Below, piece after piece: positions 9,640 through 21,715 of a stretch of 64,000 bases of DNA (its first letter is position 1; each line of letters begins with the position of its first letter). The translations under genes were made by a program, and so were the position numbers. The notes under the pieces were generated by a model. The model searched no databases. It was given only the letters and a program-made list of their open reading frames with translations, and was not told where the DNA came from. Source of the stretch: Octopus sinensis (Eukaryota); NCBI RefSeq assembly GCF_006345805.1, contig NC_043008.1, forward strand, positions 77,810,001 through 77,874,000, read 5' to 3'.

Positions 9640-11780
9640 CTTATAATGAGCTAAATTACTTTAAAACTTCAAATGCACTCCATGCTTTTAATAATTGTTT
9701 TGTTTCCATATTTCTTACTTTCATTGGTTTCCTTGTCAGAAGTCTTTCTACATGAGAATTTCCTTGTAAAGAACATTCTTTGTGGAATGTTTGTAATTTG
9801 ATGTATATATATGTTTAATCTTGGAAATCCAGCAAACACTCTGGAGAAAGTAACATGTAGTTGTACATGTGTGAGCACAGGCTTGATAAATATTAAACAA
9901 TTTTATCAAATGTTTGTCCTTGTGATTTATTAATTGTCATTGCTAATTTAATAGGAAACTGTTGTCTAATTAATGTAAATGATAGCTCTTCACTTACTGA
10001 AGAAAGGGTAACTCTTGGTATAAAAACAGTTTTTCTTTCATTTATAATTTTTGCCTGAATGACTTTTTCTTGAATGTCTTGAATAACTAAACACTTACCA
10101 TTACGCATGCCATTAACTTGGTCAATTGTACATGAAAGAATAAATATTGCATTAGTTTTTAATAATAATATACATAATGGTAAGCCGGGAATATTTAGCA
10201 TATTTAAGTATTCGGTAATAAATTCTGAAGAGTCATCCTGATGTGAACATCAATCATGACTAATAACAACTTTATCATGTACTTGAAACAGTTTTAGTAT
10301 TGCCTCATTGATGAATTCAACATCAATATTTTGGGGTACTAAAACAAGAACTTCTGAAAATCTCTCTGGTTCTGCAATACATTCTTGTATGACATTTCGA
10401 CTGAAAACTGATAAAATAAGGTCATTAAAATCATGAACAATGTTACATCCTAGGGTAACCTTTTGTCATAAGGTCTTTTAACATTCTATCCAATGCCTCT
10501 GAGATGAAATGGTGAAAGAGGGGCAATTCATCCCTAATCAGCCTGAATGATGCAAGTTGCTTTGTTACTTTGTATGGATACATTACATGATGCACCGTTA
10601 ACTGGATTGAAGGGAAAGGAGAAAGCGAAATGAATTATTGTACTCCCAGCAAGTAGCAATGCAGTTATAGCAGATGATGCAATTGCTATTGCAATCCTTC
10701 CTTCTTTGTAGGAGAAAATGACACAAAAGAGAAAGGTTTTGCTTGACCTACCTGGTGCATCAATAAAGAAAGTTTTAACAGTGAGAATCTTTTGACTGAT
10801 TATCTGTTTTTGAATTGTCAATTGCCTCTTTAATGCGGCTTGTTGACCACAATTTAATTTTTTGACAATTTCATCAAAGAAATTCTTTTGTTCAGTCTGT
10901 GGAAATTTTCAAAGGTATTGCAGAATGAATGGATTGCCTGTATTGATGCTGAATATATTCATGTTTAGTGTACTGATGGGGAGGGGAATTGCTTAATGTT
11001 GAATCATTTTCTCTTGTATGCTGTTGTATGCTATCTTCTACTTCTAAAGCAATCATTTGATCTTCTAAAATTGCTTTCCAAATGTAAATAATTTGTCAGG
11101 TTCTGCAAGATGATTGCAGTAATTGAGAATGGAGCAGAAACGTTTTTGCAGCTGATATGGAGTGGCTGAAACACTTGCAAATTCCACAATTTGATAGTAT
11201 TCATGGTCATCAAGTGCTAAATTCAGATTCATTGCAGCTTACACAATTAATAGTTCTACAACATTAATAGTTCACGTATCTTCAAATGACATAATAAAGT
11301 TCTGAAATAGAATGGCTCCTGTTCCTTTGGCAAAACAAAGTAGATATGCCCAATTGCATGCGTATTATTTTTTGTGAGATGCCACTTTTTTTCAGTATTA
11401 TTCCATGTATAAAATTCAGGGAAATTTCTAATGTAAGTAATATAGTTTCTGCATCATCATGGACCCCCTGTGACTGTTGGAGGTATAATTACTCTTTTGC
11501 CAATATTTGAGCTATGGGAATATATGTAATTGTGAATATTCTAATACATTTCTGTCTTGATGTTTTTGCTTTGATTGTATTGAATCCACTGTAACCTTGC
11601 TTCTTCAGTCTTGGAATACATATTACAGAAATATTTCTGAGCTGAATGACCTGAGTTGTCAAGGAAATGGGCATTATGTTCCTGGGCCATAAGTCTATAT
11701 TTGTAAAAATCCATCTGTTATATTTTATGACTCTTACCTCCAACATCAAAAATGAACCTTCCATCCCCTATCATCAAATG
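9640..11780 (-). mobile_element. Helitron RepHel remnant (PIF1-like helicase plus part of Rep)
   Basis: FFIDAPGRSSKTFL (Walker A-like), IASSAITALLLAG, QFPIKL-AMTINKSQGQT, PVLTHVQLHVTFSRV; upstream NRWI...HNAH resembles the Rep region. Many stops and frameshifts. Confidence 0.85.
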
Positions 11781-11879
11781 AAAATAGCAATGAGAACTGC
11801 AGTGGGTCATAATCCAGATGCAGTGAACTGATTGTTTGAAGGGGAGATTCACCTTTGCATGCCATAGCAATCCCCATCC

Positions 11880-12340
11880 AATATCAACTCACTATCATAT
11901 CCCACTAACCACTGCTGTCTTGATCACCAACTCAACCCCACATTCTGTCCACCCACCTCTATTTTCTATCATACCTTTCTATATACTTTAGTAATTTCCT
12001 TCTGCCACTGAATAGACACTTTACTACCCTCAAATAATGCCACTCCATTTCTCACTATCTCAACTAAGAATTCTGTAGCTTCATCCCTAAAATCTACTAT
12101 TCACATATTATCTACTACGCCCTCCCATTCCTCTTCCCAATCAACCTTTACTACTACTCTCTTAGTAGCCTCATCATTAACCCCTCACACTTGATCTATC
12201 TTTTCTCCTCTAACCATTCCCAATCTCAATACATCCCAGTACCCTCCCCTAATACACTTAGCTCTCCACGTTCAATCATTCCATCTTTGAACTTCACTGC
12301 ATTAAGATCTAAAATGTAAGATCTTCTCTATCCTGATGAT
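11880..12340 (-). pseudogene. Possible old LINE (RTE/CR1-type) remnant
   Basis: Purine-rich minus strand with EG.KV..QW.K..I..VY.K, resembling the EGxxPxDWxxSxIxPIYK region. Single weak motif. Confidence 0.3.
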
Positions 12341-12667
12341 GGAGGCTCATCTCATACTATGTTAAATACATCAATATGATCACATATTGTTTTGAACTAA
12401 ATCTACCAACATTATTATGGATCACTGATGGACTTATAATACAGCTGTTGGACTTATAATACCTTCCTTCCACTTCTTTAACTTTATTTGTCATTTGTAA
12501 TCTGGGTAAGTTGGACCTATTAATATATATATATAAATTCATCATCTGAAAGTTTCCATCTTTTGCTTTTTCTCGTTTTGTATGTATATATATGTGCATA
12601 TTTTGTATTTAATATATTTAATGTATTTGATATATTTGATATGTCTAATTTGTTTATCCACATAATT

Positions 12668-12884
12668 CTTTTCTGCTTTAGGCACAAGGCCCAAAATTTT
12701 GGGAGGAGGAGACCAGTCGATTATATCAACTCCAGTATGCAACTTGAACTTAATTTATCGACCACAAAAGGATGAAAGGCAAAGTCGACCTCGGTGGAAT
12801 TTGAACTCAGAATGTAAAGACAGATGAAATACCACTAAGCATTTTTCCCAGTGTGCTAACGATTTTGCCAGCTTGCCACCTTGC
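12668..12884 (-). mobile_element. tRNA-derived SINE (type-A tail) with 14-bp TSD
   Basis: Same body as 2061-2291. TTATCCACATAATT occurs at 12654-12667 and 12885-12898. Confidence 0.9.
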
Positions 12885-13305
12885 TTATCCACATAATTGC
12901 TTCTATACCTGCTCAACCTGATCCCTCTTATAGCCTTTCTTTACCTTGAGGAATGATCCCATGTAAAGACACCGAGTCTAAGTTTGAATCTTTTGAGCAC
13001 TGCTAGGTGTTTTCTATGCAGAACATATATGGATCTCTTCTGTGAAATATAAACATTTGATATATTCATATCTCCCACTATATTTAAAATGACAGCAACA
13101 TCAAAGCTATCGTGGATACAGAAGATAGCCTCTATATAGGTGTATTGGTATGAATATATATAAATAGATTTCTATATTTTAGCTATGTCCTGTCCAACCT
13201 TTCCTTTCTGCTATCCGAAAACCCTCTCACCCTCCCCTATTCACCACCAGGCTTGTAAAGCACCCATCCAATCAAACAGCCTGTATTATTAGACCCAACA
13301 GTGAA

Positions 13306-13424
13306 TTTTTTGTGAGGTGGCTGTTCCCATTACTTCTGCTTCATTTTCTGATAGTAAATTTACATTTACACTTTACTGTCAGAAAATGAAGCAGAAGTAA
13401 TGGGAACAGATATATCACAAAAAA
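13306..13424. repeat. Long hairpin: 10 bp + 5x5 internal loop + 31 perfect bp + T.G + 6 bp + 13-nt loop
   Basis: CTGTTCCCATTACTTCTGCTTCATTTTCTGA (13321-13351) is the exact reverse complement of 13379-13409; TTTTTTGTGA pairs with TCACAAAAAA. Confidence 0.95.
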
Positions 13425-13429
13425 TATGG

Positions 13430-15331
13430 TGATAATCAACAGGATATAGTGAGGATGATGTGCTGATATATTAGAGAAGACCAGGACCGAGCACCCCCAA
13501 ATCTGAGGTGTGTTGATAGGTGCAAGCTAAACACTGAAACTGAAAAGACAGATTCCGTCCTAGGACTATTCCAGATGGGAAAGGCAACTGAAACCAACAA
13601 ATTATTAGGGCTACAGCTATAATTGCTGCAGAAAGAGTCGGATACAAAAAAGAGAAAAACAGAACATAAAGAACCATACTGATAAAGATGAACTTGTGAA
13701 AAACAAATATAAAAAGACGTTTTTAGACAAGTTGATAGATTGAAAAGAAGGGAATTATAAAACAAAACTATAAGAATAAGACTGGAAAGAACATATAGAA
13801 TGAGAGATAAAGAGTATAATGTGATACTGGAAGCATTGAAACAAAGTACTGGAAAAATATGTCTGTAGGACAAAACAACTCAGCAGAACAGGTTACTTGA
13901 AGTCAATTAAAAAAAAGTTCCTATTTCCTGTTTCAGGAACTAGATGGACAGTTACATGTGACATTGACACTAGATACCGAAGAAAGCAGAGCATTCTGTG
14001 GAGGATATATATAAAGCATAATGATGAAATGGAGTGGCTGTATGAAATCCATGATAAATTAAGAAATATACACGGTCAAAACAACATAAAAATAGCTACA
14101 GAAATGGTAAAAAGACAGTTAAGGAAAATCGAAAATTGGAAGGTCCCCAGGGCTAGATGGTGCCCAAGATTATTGGGTGAAGAAACTGAGAGGGATCCAT
14201 GAAAGGATAGCGCAACAGCTGGATGAGTGCTTGCAGGAAGGCTCAGTACTCAGCTGGATGACAAAAGGAAAGACATTATGAGCCAATGGGTAATAATGCA
14301 CCCAACTTTCAATCGATGTATCTTCTGCTTCTGTGAAAACTATTGTCGGGTACTTTGGCCAGTGAACTGTTGATAGAGAAAAGTAGGCTGCTATCTATTG
14401 AACAGAAAAGTTGCCATAAGAGGTGCCAGAGAAAGAAAGGTCGGTTGTTAATTGATAAACTAATTATCAGAAACTGCAAGAGAAGACACACAAAGGTAAG
14501 CATGGTGTGGACTGATTATCATAAGGCATATGATATGATATCACATTCTTGTATAAGAACTGTGGAAACGTAAGGAGGAGTAGAAAACATGAAATACCTT
14601 ATATAGAACAGTATGAAATGCTGAAGAACTGAGTTGACAGAAGGGTGTCAGGTATTAAGACAGGTAAAAATCAAGAGAGGCATCTGGTAGTGGGACAGCG
14701 TATCCCCACTCATCTTTCTACAGGGAATGATCCCCTTGAGTGAAATACTGCAGAAGACGAAGTTGGGGTATGATGTGGGAAGCAGTAGGGGAAAACTTAT
14801 GGATGACTTATTCATGGATGACTTGAAGATGTTCACAAAACGTGAGGAAGAACTGGAAAGTCTAGTCCAGTCTGTGCAGATTTTCCCGAATATCAAGATG
14901 GAATTTGGACTCCCAAATGTGGTGATGAGTTGGGGAAAGCTTGTCAGGACAGAAGACATATGTATGCCAAGTGGTGAAATGATGAAGGCAATTGAACCTG
15001 AATGCAGTTATAAATACTGGGAAATAATTGAAGCAGATGAAATTGAACTCAACAATAACAAAGAATAAACATGCCACAAGTGTAAAAAATATTGGCTTCA
15101 AAGCTGAATGACAGTAACATAATTTCGACAATAAACTCGCATGCAGTCGCAGCAGTTCAGTATAGAACTAGAATTCTGAAGTGGACAGCAGATGGGTTAA
15201 AAGAGAGGGACAGGAAGACAAGAAAGCTCCTAACAATGCATGGAGCCCGTCATCCATGTGCAGACACTGATTGCCAATACACGAAGAGAGAAAATGGAGG
15301 AAGGAGACTGATAAGTGTGGAAGATTATGTA
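13430..15331 (+). mobile_element. Degenerate R4-clade LINE RT region, interrupted by mariner (resumes ~16622-16700)
   Basis: ITCLP, EQKSC..DKLII..WTDYHKAYD, KIKRGI..DSVSP, LFMDDLKMF and DRKTRKLLTMHG...GGRRLISVEDY. Confidence 0.85.
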
Positions 15332-16621
15332 CGAGGGACGTTCAATAAGTAATGCCTATGACCCACTTGCAGTTGTTTGATCTAGCTGCAATTTTGCATG
15401 TACAATTATTTATATCTCTATAGATTAAGTGGCAAATTACAGCTCTGAACTAATTGTGGTTTCTGATTTACAGGTGTTTGAACTGAGTCAAGTGTGAAAT
15501 GGAGCCTGTTGAGTGTCGAGCAGTGATCCGGTTTTTGTATTTGAAAGGACACACACCACGGGAGGCATTTGATGAAATGAAAGTAACTTATGGTGATGAT
15601 GCCCCATCATATGACCTTGTAAAACGCTGGCATCGTGAATTCAAACATGGTCAGAACTTTGTGGAAACAGCTCCCAGATCTGGTCGCCCCCTTCTGCCAT
15701 TGATGAGGCATCTGTCCGTCAAGTTGAGGCTGCCGTTTTGGAAGATCGACGCATAACTATTCGCCAAATAGCCCATGAGGTCAAGATTAGTACCGGGTCT
15801 GTGGAAACTATCATTCATGACCATTTGCATATGCAAAAGGTGTCTGCCAGATGGATTCCCAGGCTGCTCACACCTTTCCAGAAGCAAGAACGCGTCGATT
15901 GCGCGAGGATGAATTTGGAGATGTGCCAAGAAGATGAGTCAAAATTTTTCAAAAGACTGATTACATAGGATGAAACCTGGGTCCATCACTATGATCCAGA
16001 GACCAAAGCCCAGTCAATGCAGTGGAAGCACCGTGACTCACCTCCTCCAAAGAAAGCAAGGGTGCAGCCCTCCGCTGGCAAGGTCATGCTCACAGTCTTC
16101 TGGGACCAGGACGGAGTAGTAATGACAGATTTCTTGGCAAAGGGTACCACAATTACAGGAGTCTATTATGCTTCACTTTTGAGGAAATTAAGAGAAGCTA
16201 TCAAAATCAAGAGGCGGGGCAAGATCAGCAAAGGAATCCTCCTCCTGCAGGACAACGCTCCGATCCACAACTCGCGTGTCGCCAGATCAGAAGCACAGGC
16301 GTGCGGCTATGAACTCATCCCACATTCTCCCTACTCTCCTGACCTGCACCCTCTGATTTTCACCTCTTCCCAGCCATGAAGTTGTTTATAAAGGAAAGCG
16401 TTTCCCAGATGATGCAGCCTTGATTTCTGAAGTCACGTCGTGGTTGGAGGACCAAGCTAGGGTCTTCTACAAAAACGGTCTTCAGAGCTGCATCAAACGA
16501 TGGGAGAAATGCGTAACTCTGGGTGGTTCCTATGTAGAAAAAGACTAATAACTGTGCCAAGTTTCGTTGCTCTACTGCTATGGGAAGTGGGTCAGGGGCA
16601 TTACTTATTGAACGCCCCTCG
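15332..16621 (+). mobile_element. Full-length mariner (Tc1/mariner, DD34D type) transposon
   Basis: TIR CGAGGG(A/G)CGTTCAATAAGTAATGCC at both ends; TA duplication at 15330-31 and 16622-23; about 1.29 kb. Confidence 0.97.
15499..16548 (+). pseudogene. Mariner transposase with one in-frame stop and a few frameshifts
   Basis: N-terminal HTH region with RSGRP, WIPRLL, IT*DETW, LQDNAP, HSPYSPDL and SDFHLFP; ends GGSYVEKD*. Confidence 0.95.
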
Positions 16622-16730
16622 TACGTATTCATCTCGGGGGATTACTGAGATACCTACGCATGCAAGACTCCAGGAATTCCAACAAGACCTGAGTTAAAAA
16701 GAACAACAAAACAACAACAACAATAATAAT

Positions 16731-16906
16731 CCTTTCTACAGAAGGCACAAGACCTGAAATCTGGTGAGGGGGACTAATCGATTACATCGCCTCCAGTGTT
16801 TCAATGGTATTTGATTTATCGACTCCGAAAGATTGAAAGGAGGAATTTGAACTCAGAATCTAAAGACAGACGAAATGCTGCTGAGTGTTTTGCCCAGCTC
16901 ACTGCC
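16731..16906 (-). mobile_element. tRNA-derived SINE (type-A tail), degenerate
   Basis: GGAATTTGAACTCAGAA (B-box reverse) plus the conserved central block; flanked by AAT/AAC tracts. Confidence 0.8.
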
Positions 16907-16933
16907 TAAATAATAATAATAGTAATAATAATG

Positions 16934-16977
<44 letters not shown>

Positions 16978-16983
16978 TAATAA

Positions 16984-17014
<31 letters not shown>

Positions 17015-17067
17015 AAGAAGAATGATAACAACAACAACAACAACAACAATAAAATAATAATAATAAT
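16907..17067. repeat. Compound (AAT)/(AAG)/(AAC) microsatellite
   Basis: Direct reading. Confidence 0.97.
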
Positions 17068-17465
17068 AAACAAAATGAAACCATTGATCATATTATCTCT
17101 CTGTGCAGTCTTCTTGTGCCTACAGTATATCTCAACAAGCATGATAGAGCAGCACAATATATTCACTGGGTAATCTGCAAAAACCTGGACCTTCCCCATG
17201 ATAAAACACAAATCACCTCTAGGGCTTGAAAATGACCACATCTCACACCTCTGGAATTTCACCATTCAAACAGGCCAAATATTACATTAAAAGACTTCAG
17301 ACAAAAATCATGCCTCCTCATTGATATGACTGTCCCAGTCGGCATAAAACTATCTGTCAAGACCTACCAAAAAACTGAGCAAGCATAAAGATCTTGAAAT
17401 AGAAATTGGCAAAATATGGAACCCCATTCTCTGGGTGAGAATTGGAGTCAAAGCAAATGTCAAAC

Positions 17466-17467
<2 letters not shown>
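17068..17467 (+). mobile_element. R4/Dong family A 3' fragment with internal deletion
   Basis: ETIDHIISLC...HDRAAQYIHW...KDLEIEIGKIWN, then a jump to the terminal 3'UTR (CTCTGGGTGAGAATTGGAG...GTCAAACAT) and AAT tract. Confidence 0.85.
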
Positions 17468-17520
<53 letters not shown>

Positions 17521-17540
17521 TAATAATAATAATAATAATG

Positions 17541-18012
17541 TTGGTATAAAAGATGGGCTACAGTAAATATTCTGCTCAATACCGCAGATTTGCTTCTCAG
17601 TTGTTTGACTGTAACCAGTTGAGCACATCCCTTAGTGGCTGACAATATGTGCATCACTGACTACGAGCAAAAGTAGTGGGGGAGCGTCATAGCCATGTGT
17701 TGAGAGGGATTCTTTGGGGTTTGAATAATTCACCTCTGGAAACATGGGTGGTTCTTTCAACATCCTTAAACAACCATTATTCAGGGATCTTTTGAGTGGG
17801 ATAGGTTACTCGACCAGAAGAAAATTCTAACTGGGCCCCACCTGCAAGGTCATGTGCTGTTTATCTTGATATGAGATCACCATGTCGCGCACATATGATT
17901 GTGATGCATGTGCCAAGTGTACCCTTATCAGACAGGAAGTCATGATGTGTATACTGGGTTTCGTATATTTTACCCCAGTGTCACTTTGATAGCATGCACT
18001 GCTCTCTCACTC
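17541..18012 (+). mobile_element. ~550-bp repeat, 5'-truncated
   Basis: Starts at TTGGTATAAAAG after an AAT tract and ends CTCTCTCACTC-AAT. Confidence 0.88.
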
Positions 18013-18299
18013 AATAGTAATAACGTTCATCTGTTGAGTATCGGATGGCACATGTTGTGGGCTTTGTTCATTTTATTGGAGATTTACTGTATGCACTTCG
18101 TAAAAAAGCACACACAAAAAAGCTAATACAACCGAAGACTCAAACCAAACCCAATAACAAAACATACTGAAGCGACACAATATTCTCCAAAGGATAAAAA
18201 AAAACATGAAGCACACACCCTATCAGCACAAAGTGCAGTAAGTGATGCAAAAGAAAGTTACTTAAAACTATCAGATGTCGAATAATAATAGTGGTAATG

Positions 18300-20080
18300 A
18301 CCATGGTGACAAACGCTACCTTACCTCAGTTCATGAGAGACAAGAGTTTGTGTAGAAACTCTGACTGTAACAGCGAAATTGAGGTTGGATCTTTAAGGGA
18401 AGGCCTCTCGTACAGCAGCGATTCAGTAAAGATGCATACTGACCACACCTATTATCCTAAGACAGTATCAACAGATAATAGGGTAAGGAGGAGGAAGTGA
18501 ACCAATGAAGAAACCAGGATATTGATGCAGTGCTATTTAGAAAGTGAACGTAAAAGAAGGGGTAATAGAAAATGGATTTTAACACTTTAGGCGGAGAAGG
18601 GTATGTTTAAAGTGACTGAGCAGAGACTAGTAGATGAAACTAATGCTATACGGGGAAGAAAGTGGATGACAGAATTGGTGGTGGAAGAGATCACATGGGA
18701 ACTAGAAAGAAAGACCAGGCAGTAGGAAAGACAAACAACGTAAGAGATACAGCTCAAACCAAAGTAGAACATAAAGGGTAAACTAATGATAGCACTACCA
18801 ATAAGATAGGTACCAGCGATTTAAGTGATTTAAGTGAGGAAGATCAGATTTAGATGGGTTGCAGGAAGTAATGAATAAAGAAGAAAAGGATTGCCAACAT
18901 TAAACGATACCAACAGAAGGAAGTTGCTAGATATTACTAGAAAAGTAGATTCTGTGGATCTTTTTGGTTTGAACGGCAGTTTTTTCTAGCGGTGTCATAT
19001 GAAATTGTCACCCATAATTATGACCCTAGTATCGATCTATTGCATTTCAATTTGTTTTAGGGTTAGGGTTAGTTAGGGTTAGGGGTGGGGGAAGGGTATC
19101 TTTTTTCTTCAGAAATGTAAATAAACCCAATCTGTTTCTTAAATGAGGGACATATTCATACGGCACAATTTTCCAGATATCAGGAAAAGATAGATCAGTT
19201 TCAATAGAATAGATTATTTGAGATAGACCAGAGAACATTTTATAACCAAATACATAGTAGGGAAAAAAGCACTGAAGATGAGAAACCTAATGCAGAAGCT
19301 ACAAAGTGCTGGAGTAAGATTTGAAATAAGCCAGTTAATCGTAATGGAGATGCAGTATGGTTAAAGAAAGTAAAAGTAGTGAGTGAGAAGCAGCCATATC
19401 TAAGAATAACTAGTTTATTTTATTTATTTATTTTATTTTATCTAGTTTCAGCTCACGAGCTGTGGCCATGCTGGGGCACCGCCATAGTGCATTAATCAGT
19501 AAAGTATTAGGAAAAAGGCCGAACTGGAAAGGCCCAGGACCAGACTTACTTCAAGGGTATTGGTTAAAGAAATTTAGTAGTTTACATGGGAGGCTGAGGG
19601 AATAACTTTAGGATTGCCTTAATGGAGGAATAATATCAGGTTGGATAGCTAGATAGAGAACAATGCTGCTTATGAATGATAAAAGCATGGGTAATGCAGT
19701 TAGCAATTATAGACCAATCACTTGCTTACCATTAATCTGGAAGCTGTTAACGGGAATGCTTTCAGAAAGTATTTACGAGCACCTTGACAACCAGAATTTA
19801 CTGCCAGAAGAACAGAAAGGTTGCAGGAAGAAGGCTAGAGGAACGCATGATTTATTATACATAGACAAAGCATTTCTAAATGAGGTAAAAGCTTGAAAGA
19901 AAAATCTAACAGCATGGGTAGATTATAAGAAAGCGTATGACATTGATCCCAGACACATGGATAAGTGAATGTTTGAATATATTCAGTATAGGAGACAACA
20001 TAAGAAACTTCATTAGCTTTAGCATGAAGAAACGGAAAGTAGCTCTCTACTAAGGCGATACAGTCTTAGGGAAAGTTGAC
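18300..20080 (+). mobile_element. R4-clade LINE 5' half (N-terminal Myb-like region to RT), degenerate, with insertions
   Basis: RRRKWTNEE...CYLES...EQRLVD; NRLFEIDQ.TFY; GPGPD..QGYWLK; [17 protein letters not shown]; [15 protein letters not shown]. Confidence 0.85.
18956..19166 (+). mobile_element. MITE-like element fragment with GGATCTTTT terminus and TTAGGG-rich core
   Basis: Terminus GGATCTTTTTGGTTTGAACGGCAGTTTTT resembles GGATCTTTTCACTTTGACCGGCAGATTTTT at 21716. An internal segment recurs at 596-641. Confidence 0.6.
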
Positions 20081-20419
20081 TAGAATGAAGATTGCGAGCA
20101 AGGGATAACAGTATTCGTAAGTATTTAATAAACCTGGAAAAATAGGGGACAAGAAATAAGCCTAAAATAAAATAAAAGAGCTTAAATTATTGCAGCTAAA
20201 ATAAAATTTGAATAGGTTGCCAATTAAATAAAATATACAAATGAGCTAAGCTATTCAATACTGACCAACCATCTTTCACCCAAGGAATAAGCCTAAAATA
20301 AAAGAGCTTACAATACTGCAGATAAATAGAAAATTCGATAAAAATGAGCTGATGCTTTATCAGTGTTAAGGAAAGTTAAAATGAAGAGAGGAATGTTCCA
20401 AGGAGACTCGATAGTACGC

Positions 20420-21712
20420 CTGTAAATGATTTGTCATGCCACAGACATGGCATCGAGGACGTCTGCGTTCTACAAGTTCTATTCGGTAGGGAGATCAGAT
20501 CAAGGATCCTCTCCAGCTGTCTGACTTTACATGGAGAATTATCTCCAGTGTGATTCATGTCCAGTTCTCCCTCCTTGATCTCTTGACCTCCAGGAGATTT
20601 CCCCTTCCATTAATTACCACGCAAGCGAGTACACACCACGTATCTAAGGTCTGGTGGTATTCTCTGTATGGTAACCTTTACCGCCCTTCTTTCTGTATAC
20701 TTAGGGAAGAGCACGAATTCCTCACTGTAACAGGCGGCCACTAAGCGTTGAGTAGCCATGGCCTCTGTTTTAAATAAAACTTCCAACCCGTGGAACTGCT
20801 CTGCCCTCGATATATGACCGATGTCCTGCCATATGTAGTGAAGAGCCCTTTCTATCGGGACGTTCGTTGCCGTTTCGAGCAGTTTCGATTTACGGCTAAC
20901 ACAGCGGTATGTCACTATTTTCCTGGCTGTGTTTTCTAGCGTTTCCGGTGGTGGTGACATCTGACATCTGTGCCCTCCACCCATCTATTTTTCTAAATTT
21001 AGCTGCGTTCGCCAATTTAGAGGCCTTATCTTCAAGGGAGAGAGCAAACAGTTCTTTTGAGGCAGCAGCGGCAGCGAAAGAAGTCTTATCAGTGATGGTG
21101 GTGGTGGAGTTGTAACCACCTCCGTTGTTGCTACTACCGCAGCCTCCCACCACTTCCGATTCCACTACTGTCATAACTCTTGCTGTTACCCTTTGAGTTA
21201 CTGTCAATGCTACCGCTACTACTATTGTCGTTGCTTCTGCTGCTATTCTTCTTCTTATCACCGTCATTGTTCATGCTGTTGTCATAACCGCTACCACCAC
21301 TGCTGTTATCGCTTCCACTACCATCACTGCTGTTACTGCCGCTATTGTCGCAATTACTCTTACTATCCTCATAATTCTCTTGACAAGTTAAGCATTTGTC
21401 TGTTTCCATCACTTTTGTCACCTCCCCTACTACTGCATTATTCTTGGCAAGAAAAGGAAGGGGAGATCTGTAAGAATGCTGGGATGGGGGTGGAAATGAT
21501 TTTCCTTTAAAAAAATTTAAGATGGATGCACTATGTCGATGAATTTGTTGTTTTTAAATGCCCTTCGGGCAATATTGTGGAGGAGTCAATATTACCCCTT
21601 ACGAGGCCAAACAATTACAGAAAACCTAGTAACAATTTCCGGGAGTTTTCAGTAACAAATTTGAACGAAAATTCCGAACGAAAAACATCACGAAACGGAT
21701 GAATACAACAGA
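20420..21712 (-). mobile_element. Third, more divergent Tx1-like element: 5'UTR and ORF1 remnant only
   Basis: EVLFKTEAMA...FVLFPKYTERRAVKVTIQRIPPDL aligns with EVRFPTEELA...LIPTHLGRRVTKIKIDLVPPEL. RRPRCHVCGMTNHL is a degenerate zinc knuckle. The 5' region resembles the 5' ends of the full copies. Confidence 0.75.
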
Positions 21713-21715
21713 TGG

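Noticed and set aside
19060-19096. True telomere or chromosome end
   Set aside because: Only a few TTAGGG units, embedded in a dispersed repeat.
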